A DNA stretch of 37,380 bases from a virus. A program made the position numbers and the translations under genes. Shown here in pieces: positions 7,267 through 16,064 of the stretch. The stretch's first letter is position 1; each line of letters opens with the position of its first letter. The notes under the pieces are model-generated. The model did not search any database, had not been told where the DNA came from, and saw only the letters and a program-made list of their open reading frames with translations. The stretch lies in the IMG/VR virus record IMGVR_UViG_3300010970_000064, one strand, 5' to 3'.

Positions 7267-7920
7267 ATGTCCTACACTTATATTCAACTTGTTAACGAAG
7301 TACTTGTTCGCTTACGTGAGCGTGAAGTTACTTCCGTTAATGATACAGCATATTCCAAGCTAATCGGTAAGTTTGTCAATGACGCTAAACGTCAAGCCGA
7401 AGATGCGTACAACTGGAATGCTTTAAGCACAACTCTTACAGCAGACACTACTCCAGGAATCTTTAACTACGTGTTAGAAGGCTCTGGACAACGGTTCCGT
7501 ATGATTGATGTTATCAATGATAGCTCCGATTATATCCTCAAGAACGTAGCTACTACTGAAATGGATCGTATGTTCTTAACCACATCGACAGATCGTGGTG
7601 AGCCTCGTTATTATAACTTTAATGGAACTAATACAAATGGTGACACGCAAGTCGATTTATATCCTATTCCTGATACTGTTTATAGTTTACGTTTTAACAT
7701 AATCCGTCCACAGCCTCCACTGAACTTAAACAGTGATACATTATTAATTCCACATGAGCCAGTCATCTTTGGTGCTGTCGCTCGTGGAATGGCAGAGCGT
7801 GGTGAAGACGGCGGTATGGATTCTAATGCCATGTATGCATTGTATCAACAATCTCTTGGCGACGCTATTTCACTTGAGTCAGGTCGTTATATCGAAGAAG
7901 CAGCTTGGATTGACATCTAA
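7267..7920 (+). CDS. Putative tail tubular protein A or adaptor-like protein
   Basis: 217 aa. It is the first gene of the tail operon and is TAATG-coupled to the larger tail protein, with size and order like T7 gp11/gp12. The call rests on synteny only. Confidence 0.4.
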   Translation: MSYTYIQLVNEVLVRLREREVTSVNDTAYSKLIGKFVNDAKRQAEDAYNWNALSTTLTADTTPGIFNYVLEGSGQRFRMIDVINDSSDYILKNVATTEMDRMFLTTSTDRGEPRYYNFNGTNTNGDTQVDLYPIPDTVYSLRFNIIRPQPPLNLNSDTLLIPHEPVIFGAVARGMAERGEDGGMDSNAMYALYQQSLGDAISLESGRYIEEAAWIDI

Positions 7921-9713
7921 TGGCTGAACAGTTACTAACAGGTGCTATACAAGCTCCGGGATTCTCTGGATTAAACATCCAAGACTCCACGGTACAGCTT
8001 ACCAGTGGCTTTGCTCTTGAAGCTTACAACTGTGTCATTGACCGATATGGTCGTATTGGCGCACGTAAGGGCTGGACTAAAGTGAATACAACTGCAGCCA
8101 GTACAGGTAGCTTTAGAGCTATCTTTGAGTTAGTTAAGAATGATGGTAATATTGTCGTTAGTGCAGCTAATAATAAACTGTACACAGGAACAACTACACT
8201 TACTGAGCAATCTGTTTACGGTACAAACTATAAATCAGGAGCTACATACACACAAACAGGTGTAACTGTTACAGTAACTAAAGCAGCTCACGGATACACT
8301 GCAGGACAGGTTGTTCATTTCAATGTATCTTCTGGGACTTTACTTGACGGTAATTACACTGTAGTTGCTCCAACAACAGATACATTTACTGTTACGGCTG
8401 CGGTTTCTGCCACAACAAGTGGTTCTACATCTTTAGTGAATGTTATTCCTTATGCGATTACTGAGAACAACTGGCAGTTTACAGCAATGCCTTATCTTGG
8501 CGGTATTAACAGCTCTGCTCATATCATTGGTGTTCAGCGTAATCATGCTCCTTTAATTTATCATCGTTATGGCACAGACCACACTGATGAGTATGGTTTT
8601 CAGCGTTTAGGTGACTTAGCAGCATTACCGACAGGATATACTGTTGATACATTTAAGCCTTCTTGCTCCGTAACTGCCTTTGGTCGTTTATGGGTTGCTA
8701 ATATCGGCACAGACGATCAGACAGTATACTTTAGTGATCTACAAGATCCTATTAACTTCACTACTGGTACTGCAGGTTACTTAGACGTAAGTCAAGTGAT
8801 TCCTACAGGTGATGGTATTGTAGCTTTAGCGTCGCATAATGGATTCTTAGCTATCTTTTGTCATCGTCACATTATTCTTTATTCTAACCCTACAGACCCA
8901 ACAGCATTAGCTGTACAAGATGTCATTAAAGGTGTTGGTTGTATTGCTCGTGATTCAGTAGCTTCTGTAGCTGGTACAGACAACTTATTCTTATCTGAAA
9001 CAGGTGTCCAATCTTTACAGCGTCTCGTTGTAGAAAAGTCAATGCCGTTTCGTGATATATCTAAGAATGTTCGTGATGAGTTAATCTCTAACGTAAATAC
9101 AGAAGATGAAGATAACATCAAGGCTGTGTACTATGCTCCTGATGCGTTCTATTTGTTATCACTACCTACAACAGGATTTACATACTGTTTTGATACTCGT
9201 GGACAGTTAGAAAGTGGAGCTGCAAGAGCTACTGTATGGAGAAACATTAATCCTACAGCGTTCTGCGTAACAGAAGCCCGAGAACTTTATATGGGTAAAC
9301 CCGGTTATATTGGAGTATACGAAGAATATGCAGACAACACAGTACCTTATCGCTTTAGTTATTACACTAACTATTTTGACATGGATAGCCCAACAACAAT
9401 TAAGATCCTTAAAAAGGTCGGTGTTGTAGCCATTGGTGGTCGTGGTCAAAACTTATCAGTTAAATGGGCTTTTGATTACACTGGTAATCATGATAGTCAA
9501 ACAATTGCATTATCTTCAGGCGGTATTGCTGAATATGGTATCGGTGAATACGGTATTGCAGAATATAGTAGTGGAATTTCATTAGACTCAGTTAAGTTCA
9601 ATGCAACTGGAACTGGTAAAGTCGTTCAATTAGGATTTGAGTGTGACATTGACGGATCTCCGTTATCCATTCAAAAGATCGACTTAGCATTAAAACAAGG
9701 TAAGAACCTTTAA
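7920..9713 (+). CDS. Putative tail tubular protein B or nozzle-like protein
   Basis: 597 aa, placed by synteny with podovirus tail genes. It contains a GI(A/G)EY x3 tandem repeat near the C-terminus. Confidence 0.4.
   Translation: MAEQLLTGAIQAPGFSGLNIQDSTVQLTSGFALEAYNCVIDRYGRIGARKGWTKVNTTAASTGSFRAIFELVKNDGNIVVSAANNKLYTGTTTLTEQSVYGTNYKSGATYTQTGVTVTVTKAAHGYTAGQVVHFNVSSGTLLDGNYTVVAPTTDTFTVTAAVSATTSGSTSLVNVIPYAITENNWQFTAMPYLGGINSSAHIIGVQRNHAPLIYHRYGTDHTDEYGFQRLGDLAALPTGYTVDTFKPSCSVTAFGRLWVANIGTDDQTVYFSDLQDPINFTTGTAGYLDVSQVIPTGDGIVALASHNGFLAIFCHRHIILYSNPTDPTALAVQDVIKGVGCIARDSVASVAGTDNLFLSETGVQSLQRLVVEKSMPFRDISKNVRDELISNVNTEDEDNIKAVYYAPDAFYLLSLPTTGFTYCFDTRGQLESGAARATVWRNINPTAFCVTEARELYMGKPGYIGVYEEYADNTVPYRFSYYTNYFDMDSPTTIKILKKVGVVAIGGRGQNLSVKWAFDYTGNHDSQTIALSSGGIAEYGIGEYGIAEYSSGISLDSVKFNATGTGKVVQLGFECDIDGSPLSIQKIDLALKQGKNL
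9522..9566 (+). repeat. 3 x 15-bp tandem coding repeat (GIAEY-GIGEY-GIAEY)
   Basis: ggtattgctgaatat / ggtatcggtgaatac / ggtattgcagaatat, read directly from the sequence. Confidence 0.9.
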
Positions 9714-9721
9714 GGACTAAC

Positions 9722-11086
9722 ATGAGTGATTATTTAAAATCGACTAACTTCGCAACAAAAGACGCATTACCTAGCGGTAACGCAGGTAAGATTGTTAAAG
9801 GCACTGAGATTGACAACGAGTTTAACGCTATTGCTGATGCAGTAGAGTCTAAGGCAGATTTGTTAAATCCAGTATTTTCAGGTCTTTTAACTACAGATAC
9901 TTTAGCTACTGGCGGAGCTGCTAACATTGGTGGAACTTTAGCTGTTACTGGTAATACATCAATGGCTGGTAACTTACAAATGACTGGAACAGGATTTGCT
10001 TTGGTTCCAAAAGGAACTACAGCTCAGCGTCCTGCGTCGCCAGCTTCTGGTTATATTCGTTATAACACTGACTTAGGTTATCTTGAAAACTATACAGGAA
10101 CCGTTTGGCAAGCAGTAGGCTATGTCACTCCTGCTGATGTTTCTGACGAAGTTAATACAGCAACTGGATATTTTCAAGTACCTGTCGGCACTACAGGTCA
10201 ACGTCCAGCAACACCTGTTAATGGATTAATTCGTTACAACACTACTAAAGATTTCTACGAAGGCTATTACAACAGTAACTGGTTACGTTTCCAGACATAC
10301 CTACAAGGTGAATACACTTTAACTTATGTTCTTGCTGCAGGTGGCGGTGGTGGTGCATTAGGCGGTGGTGGCGGTGGTGGTTTAATTGCTAACACAACTA
10401 CAGCTATTCCTACAACAGTTTATACAATTACCATTGGTGCTGGTGGTGCTACTTCAGCAAACGGAAGTAATTCATCTATTACTGGAATTGCAACTGCTAC
10501 TGGCGGCGGCGCAGGTGGTACTTATTCAGGAAATGGCGCAAGTGGTGGTTCTGGCGGCGGTGGTACAGGTGGTGATGAAAGCCACTTAGCTGGTTACGCT
10601 GGCGGTGCTGGTACAACAGGACAAGGCTTTGCAGGAGGCGGTGGCGGTACAAACGTCGGAGCAGGGCAGTCGGGTTGCGGAGGCGGTGGCGGTGCTGGTG
10701 GAGCAGGAGCAGGTGGCGCATCAAACACTAGTGGCGGTGTTGGCGGTAACGGCGGTGCAGGTTATACATCCTCTATTACTGGTATCTCCGTATCTTACGC
10801 TGGCGGCGGCGGAGGCGGCGGTGGAGGTAGTGCAGCTGGTGGTACAGGTACAGGCGGTGGAGGCAACGGAGGAGGTACAGCTTCTGCAGGCGGCACTAAC
10901 ACAGGTGGTGGCGGCGGAGGTGGTACGTTCCCTGGAGGAACAGCCGCTGCTGGTGGTTCTGGTGTATGTTTTATCTCTATGCCAACAATCAACTATACAG
11001 GTACAACTACTGGAACACCAACAGTGACCACATACGGCTCAACAACTGTATTAAAATACACTGCTTCAGGTACGTACACAGCTTGA
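9722..11086 (+). CDS. Tail fibre or spike protein with a glycine-rich C-terminal domain
   Basis: The N-terminal region (STNFATKDALPSGNAGKIVKGTEIDNEFNAIADAVESKADLLNPVFSG) is typical of phage fibre N-termini. RPA.P..G.IRYNT occurs twice. Roughly 200 aa of poly-Gly-rich sequence follows. Confidence 0.65.
   Translation: MSDYLKSTNFATKDALPSGNAGKIVKGTEIDNEFNAIADAVESKADLLNPVFSGLLTTDTLATGGAANIGGTLAVTGNTSMAGNLQMTGTGFALVPKGTTAQRPASPASGYIRYNTDLGYLENYTGTVWQAVGYVTPADVSDEVNTATGYFQVPVGTTGQRPATPVNGLIRYNTTKDFYEGYYNSNWLRFQTYLQGEYTLTYVLAAGGGGGALGGGGGGGLIANTTTAIPTTVYTITIGAGGATSANGSNSSITGIATATGGGAGGTYSGNGASGGSGGGGTGGDESHLAGYAGGAGTTGQGFAGGGGGTNVGAGQSGCGGGGGAGGAGAGGASNTSGGVGGNGGAGYTSSITGISVSYAGGGGGGGGGSAAGGTGTGGGGNGGGTASAGGTNTGGGGGGGTFPGGTAAAGGSGVCFISMPTINYTGTTTGTPTVTTYGSTTVLKYTASGTYTA
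10334..10950 (+). repeat. GGT/GGC-rich low-complexity coding region (poly-Gly tracts)
   Basis: Runs of GGTGGCGGTGG units. The region generates spurious overlapping ORFs (10386-10589, 10497-10724, 10605-11027, 10795-10992). Confidence 0.85.
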
Positions 11087-11379
11087 TGAATGCTAAAGTA
11101 CCTGTAGTGTTAAAGCCAGAGTATACGATGTACTTAGAAGACTTTAATCGTATGCTTTGGTTTCATACTGATGTCTATAGTTGGAACAAATCAATTAAAT
11201 CAAAGTTTATCAAAGATTTAGATGTGCTACAGAGTTTAGTAACAATTCCATTAGCTGCTTTAGTTGATGACAGTAATAAGAAGTTAATTAAATTTTCACG
11301 TGTAGTTGGTTTTGTTCCGGTAGACACAACAAACGGTACAGACGGTAAAACATATAATATATTAAGTAGGAGTTTATAA
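11086..11379 (+). CDS. Hypothetical protein (97 aa)
   Basis: I prefer the ATG at 11086 because it overlaps the fibre stop (TGATG); the track start at 10966 lies inside the fibre gene. Confidence 0.5.
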   Translation: MNAKVPVVLKPEYTMYLEDFNRMLWFHTDVYSWNKSIKSKFIKDLDVLQSLVTIPLAALVDDSNKKLIKFSRVVGFVPVDTTNGTDGKTYNILSRSL

Positions 11380-12770
11380 TGGGTCAAATAGTTGGCGCAG
11401 TTTTAAATACGGCTGGCGGACTGATAGGCGGAAGCCGAGCAGCAGACGCAGCAGGACAACAGGCTGCATCGTATCGTAACGCAGCTACCAATGCGTCTAA
11501 CTTAGCACAGTTTAGACCCGTAGGAACGACTACTAACTTTGGTACGTCTAACTACACTTACGATCCTAATACAGGTCGTATGACTTCCGCTGGCTACTCT
11601 TTAAATCCTCAATTACAGGGTTTACAAGGTGGTTTGATGAATGCCGCTACAAGTTATAACTACCAGCCTGACGTTGGTTTTATTAACGGTATTCGTGAGA
11701 ACTCTCTTGCTGGTATGCGTATGGCAGCTCAACAAGCGCCTAATGCGTTTAATGCTGGCAATCAATTATATGCACGTTCCGAAGACTTATATCCACAGGC
11801 TAATTTAGCTTACGGTCAAGGACAGAATTTATTTAATCAAGGTATTGCTGTAGCAGGACAAGCTCCTGAGTTATTTAGTCGTGCTGCTGATCTTTACAAC
11901 ACTGGTGCTAGTTACTTAGGTTCTGCACCACAGGCTGAAGCAGATTATCTTGCTCGTACACGTGCTGCTTTAGCACCACAGGATGAAACTACACTAGCTC
12001 GTTTACGTAATCAAGTATATCAAACAGGTCGTGCTGGTTTAGCCACAGGCGGAACTACTCCTGTTGCTGGTGGTCTCATGGCTGCAAATCCTGAAATGGC
12101 TGCTTATTATAATTCATTAGCTCAGCGTGATCTTGACATGGCTACTAAAGCTCAAGAACAAGGTCGTATTAATGTGGCTCTTGGTTCTTCGCTGTATGGA
12201 GCAGGTGGACAATTAGGTACTGCAGGTGCAAACATTGCAGGCACTGCAGCAAACATTCAAGGTGTTGGTGGTAACTTATTTAACGTAGGTGCAAATCAGT
12301 ACGGTACTGCAGCTAACTTAGTTGGTGTTGGCAATCAATCACTCACTACTGGCGGTGGTTTGTTAACTACATCTTCTAACCTTGGTACAAATGCTATTAA
12401 TCAAGAACTTGGTAAATATAGAATTCAAAATGCAGCTCTTGATACTTTAGGTAACTACTTAGGTCAGATGAAGACTGTTGAAGGCATGGGCGCACAGCCG
12501 TACACTATGAGTAACGCTTTAGCAGGTCAAGTAGCTGACGCAGGGGCTAATCAAGGTAGATTCATGATGTCTGGTGAAACTTCTGCTGCTCCGTTGACTT
12601 ATCAAAATGCTTCGTACAGTCCGTTTGCACAAACATTACAAGGCGCTGGTTCAGCCTTTGGTGGTGGTCAATATAGTTCTTCTAACAACCCTGTAAATGC
12701 TTGGTTTGATAATTTTATTACCCGTCAGTCAAATCAATCAAGCCCTGGCTTTGTTGGTCCTTCATATTAA
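11379..12770 (+). CDS. Putative internal virion or ejection protein (Gly/Ala/Asn/Gln-rich)
   Basis: 463 aa, TAATG-coupled. Its position is equivalent to T7 gp14-16. The call rests on composition and synteny only. Confidence 0.4.
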   Translation: MGQIVGAVLNTAGGLIGGSRAADAAGQQAASYRNAATNASNLAQFRPVGTTTNFGTSNYTYDPNTGRMTSAGYSLNPQLQGLQGGLMNAATSYNYQPDVGFINGIRENSLAGMRMAAQQAPNAFNAGNQLYARSEDLYPQANLAYGQGQNLFNQGIAVAGQAPELFSRAADLYNTGASYLGSAPQAEADYLARTRAALAPQDETTLARLRNQVYQTGRAGLATGGTTPVAGGLMAANPEMAAYYNSLAQRDLDMATKAQEQGRINVALGSSLYGAGGQLGTAGANIAGTAANIQGVGGNLFNVGANQYGTAANLVGVGNQSLTTGGGLLTTSSNLGTNAINQELGKYRIQNAALDTLGNYLGQMKTVEGMGAQPYTMSNALAGQVADAGANQGRFMMSGETSAAPLTYQNASYSPFAQTLQGAGSAFGGGQYSSSNNPVNAWFDNFITRQSNQSSPGFVGPSY

Positions 12771-12782
12771 TTAGGAAATTTT

Positions 12783-13877
12783 ATGGCAAATATTGTACAA
12801 GGTATGTTTGGAACATCTCCTAGTCAGGTTGGACAAGATCGTTATGATACTGGGTTTGCACAAGACTTACGTGCTGTTCAGTTAGATCCTATGCAGCAAG
12901 CTAATTTAGCACTGCGTCAAGGTGGACGAGGCATTGCTCAAGGCGCTCTTGCTCCGATGCTTGGTGTTCAAGATGTAGAGCTACAGAAAGCTCAAATGGC
13001 ACAGCAGTTAGCTTCTCAATATGACATTACTAGTCCTGATGGTTTGAAGCAATACGCTCAAGCACTAGCTCAAAATGGTATGCCTGAGTTTGCTCAGATT
13101 GCTGTTACTAAAGCTCAAGACATGGAATCTAAAGGTCTTGGTATTCAACAGTCTCAGTTAAACATTAAGAAAACTGAACAAGCTACTACACGTGAAGAAC
13201 AGTTACGTGAAGCACTTGCTGCTCTTCCTGCTGATGCAACTGAAGAAGATTACTTAAAAGTATATCGTCAGTTTGGTTCACCTGATCAACAAGCACGTAT
13301 TATTGAAGCTAGTATTACTGCTAGAAATAAACTAGGTGCTGCTCAGAACAAACCACTTCCAGCTAGTCTGCAAAAGAGTGAAGATAAAGACTTAGAAGCA
13401 ATTGATAGCTATAAAGCTCAATCTGAAACACTGCAACCTTCTATCGCAGCTCTTACACAAGATGAAAAAGGTGTTAGAAAGCTTAACCTTGATCCAGTCA
13501 GTATTGCAAAGTATATAAGCCGTAATGCTATCGGTGAGTCTACACCTGAAAGTAGAGCATACGCTGGTTTAAAATCTGCTGTTGATACTGCAGTTAACTT
13601 ACAAGTTAGTGCCGAAAAAGGTGTACAGACAGATAAAGACGTATTGCGTTTTGCCAATGCTTTAATTGCAGCATACGGACGTAATGACTCTGAAGCAACA
13701 CTTGAAGCTTTGAAGAAATACAACGCTGCCATTGAAACAGCTAAGACACGCACAGAGAATAGACTTGAATCTAGAAGAACTTCACAAGGAGTTTCTCCTT
13801 ATTATGTAGAAGGACGTGATTCTACTAAATCTTCTGCTCCGTTAGGAACAGCTACTAATCCTATTGTTTTGAAATAA
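12783..13877 (+). CDS. Putative internal virion protein
   Basis: 364 aa, Ala/Gln-rich and helical, lying between two other candidate core proteins. Confidence 0.35.
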   Translation: MANIVQGMFGTSPSQVGQDRYDTGFAQDLRAVQLDPMQQANLALRQGGRGIAQGALAPMLGVQDVELQKAQMAQQLASQYDITSPDGLKQYAQALAQNGMPEFAQIAVTKAQDMESKGLGIQQSQLNIKKTEQATTREEQLREALAALPADATEEDYLKVYRQFGSPDQQARIIEASITARNKLGAAQNKPLPASLQKSEDKDLEAIDSYKAQSETLQPSIAALTQDEKGVRKLNLDPVSIAKYISRNAIGESTPESRAYAGLKSAVDTAVNLQVSAEKGVQTDKDVLRFANALIAAYGRNDSEATLEALKKYNAAIETAKTRTENRLESRRTSQGVSPYYVEGRDSTKSSAPLGTATNPIVLK

Positions 13878-13886
13878 AGGAAGTAT

Positions 13887-15896
13887 ATGCCGGTATATCA
13901 ATACGACGGACAGCATTACGATCTTCCTGAAGGTTTGTCGAATGAACAAGCAATTGCAAAGATTAAATCTCATTTAGGTCAACCTGCTACCGCAACACCA
14001 AGCACTCCAGCAGTTACAACTGAACAACCGAAAAGGTCATTGGTAGAAGAAGCAATTCGTCAAGTTGGTTTGACTGGAAGAGCAGCTTACGAGGCATTCA
14101 CGTCTCCTGCAACAGCCGTACTAGAAGGAGCTACTGGTGCTTACAATCTAGGAGCGCAATTACTTGGCTCTAAAAGCCGTGCGCCTTCTATTGCAGCAGA
14201 ACAAAGTAAAATGCTAAGTAGTGTTTTACCAACTCCTGAAAATGCCACTGAACGTGCTGTACAGTCTGGTGTTCAAGCAATGACAAGCACAGCAGGTTTA
14301 GCTAAAGTAGCCCCTAATGTGGCTGTTTTGTCTGCTGATATGGCTCGTCAAATACCCGTAGCTGGAATCTCTGGATTAGCTGCACAGCCTGCTGCTGAGT
14401 TTGTGAAAGATGCTACAGGTAGTGACTTGGCTGCAACTATTGCAGGTATCGGTGTAGGTACTCTTACGGCTGCAGGTGCAGGAAAAGCATTGTCGGCATT
14501 AGAGACAGGTAAACAGCCTATCTATACTATGAAGCAAGTCAAAGAACGTGCAGCTCAGTCTTATACTGCCGTTGATAATGCAGGTGTTACTTTAAAACCT
14601 GATAGTGTCAGAGGAATGATTACTAACATCAGACAAGGTTTAGATGATGCTCGGATGGTTCCTGGTACAGATCAAGCGGATGCAGTAACACTTCGTTTAG
14701 CAGAGATGGAAAAAGTATTAGGCAACAATAAAGAACTATCTTTTTCTTCTTTAGATAAAATGCGTTCTATGTTGAACGATTTAAAAGGTAGCTCAGACCG
14801 AGACATTAGTCGACTAGGTAATGTCGCTGTAAGTAAAGTTGATGATTACATTAGTAACTTAGGTGCTGGTGATATTATTGCTGGTAAAGACGGTATTAAC
14901 CAAGCTGTTAAAAGTGTTATGTCAGCTCGTAAAGACTGGCGAAATGCAAGTCGTGCTGAGATGCTTGATGATGCATTGAATACTGCTGAAGCACGTGCGT
15001 TGGACCCTAAAGCGTCTGAAAGTGAACTTATCCGTCGTGGCTTTATTAACATTGCTGCAAACAAAGATAAATTAAAACTGTTTAATGAGACAGAACAGAA
15101 TGTAATTAAATCTGTTGCTAAAGGCGGTACGTTAGATCCTTTATTGAGTATTGCTTCTAGATTTAGTCCGTTACGTTCACAGTTAGCAGCCGCAGGCGGA
15201 GCAGCAGTCTACACACAATCTCCAACAGCAGCTATAGCGTTGTCTGGTGGTGGTTTAGCTGCAGATTTGACACAAGGCTTTTTACGTAGCAGAGCAGCAA
15301 AGTCTGCCATTAACAGAATTGCATCTGGAGCGCAGCCTGACGCACCAAACCTTGCTTATCGTGGCTTACTAAGCGAGACATTGAATCCACCAACATTACA
15401 ACCAGAGCCTCAAACAGGTCTGATGAATGCTCCTGTGGAGCCAGTGTCTGAGTCTACTAGAAAAGCTGTATCAGATTCAGTTCCTGAAGTGAAGATCAAA
15501 CCAGCTACTAGTTTTGATACACAACATCCAATTGCTCAGAAAATAGCTCAAGAAGCTGATAGACAAGGCTTAGGAGAGTTTAAAGATATTCTAATGCGTC
15601 AAGCATACCAAGAGTCTCGTTTTGATCCTATGGCTCGTTCTAAGAAGAATGCACGTGGTGTAATGCAGATTGTTCCAGGGACTGCAAGAGATTTAGGCTT
15701 AAAAGACCCTTACAATGCTGACGATAACATCCGTGCTGGTGTAGAGTACATGGGTCAACTTCTAAGACGTTATAACTATGACGTTAAGAAAGCCCTTGCA
15801 GCTTATAACTATGGAATGGGTCGTGTAGATAAACAAGGACTTACTCGTCTCCCTAAAGAGACTAGAGATTATCTAAATAAGATACTACAAGAGTAA
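13887..15896 (+). CDS. Internal virion protein with a C-terminal lytic transglycosylase (SLT) domain
   Basis: The C-terminus has QESRFDPMARSKKNARGVMQIVPGTARDLG ... NIRAGVEYMGQL ... ALAAYNYG, which is an SLT/goose-lysozyme-like motif set. It is the last gene of the late arm, comparable to T7 gp16. Confidence 0.75.
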   Translation: MPVYQYDGQHYDLPEGLSNEQAIAKIKSHLGQPATATPSTPAVTTEQPKRSLVEEAIRQVGLTGRAAYEAFTSPATAVLEGATGAYNLGAQLLGSKSRAPSIAAEQSKMLSSVLPTPENATERAVQSGVQAMTSTAGLAKVAPNVAVLSADMARQIPVAGISGLAAQPAAEFVKDATGSDLAATIAGIGVGTLTAAGAGKALSALETGKQPIYTMKQVKERAAQSYTAVDNAGVTLKPDSVRGMITNIRQGLDDARMVPGTDQADAVTLRLAEMEKVLGNNKELSFSSLDKMRSMLNDLKGSSDRDISRLGNVAVSKVDDYISNLGAGDIIAGKDGINQAVKSVMSARKDWRNASRAEMLDDALNTAEARALDPKASESELIRRGFINIAANKDKLKLFNETEQNVIKSVAKGGTLDPLLSIASRFSPLRSQLAAAGGAAVYTQSPTAAIALSGGGLAADLTQGFLRSRAAKSAINRIASGAQPDAPNLAYRGLLSETLNPPTLQPEPQTGLMNAPVEPVSESTRKAVSDSVPEVKIKPATSFDTQHPIAQKIAQEADRQGLGEFKDILMRQAYQESRFDPMARSKKNARGVMQIVPGTARDLGLKDPYNADDNIRAGVEYMGQLLRRYNYDVKKALAAYNYGMGRVDKQGLTRLPKETRDYLNKILQE

Positions 15897-15903
15897 CAAA
15901 AAA

Positions 15904-15921
15904 GGGGACTTTCGAGTCCCC
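15904..15921. terminator. Bidirectional intrinsic terminator where the two arms converge
   Basis: GGGGACT-ttcg-AGTCCCC. The plus strand has TTAGTTTATT downstream. The minus strand has a clean TTTTTTG downstream. Confidence 0.8.
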
Positions 15922-15926
15922 TTAGT

Positions 15927-16064
15927 TTATTCGTCGTGCGGTGTACTCATCATGATTCTTATAAATCCTAAGTCCACAGCCCAGTGTGATTCATCATCCC
16001 AATCTGGGACATACTCGAAACCAATCGAGAAGCCACAGATTAGATGAAAGTCGAAGTATCTCAT
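15927..16064 (-). CDS. Small hypothetical protein (45 aa), not in the supplied ORF track
   Basis: ATG forms an ATGA overlap with the RNR stop. Product: MRYFDFHLICGFSIGFEYVPDWDDESHWAVDLGFIRIMMSTPHDE. The ORF ends just before the terminator. Confidence 0.4.
   Translation of the reverse strand: MRYFDFHLICGFSIGFEYVPDWDDESHWAVDLGFIRIMMSTPHDE

Noticed and set aside
10386-11027. Track ORFs 10386-10589, 10497-10724, 10605-11027 and 10795-10992 inside the Gly-rich fibre gene.
   Set aside because: They are frame-shifted readings of GGN-repeat DNA (poly-Pro, poly-Val or poly-Gln artefacts).
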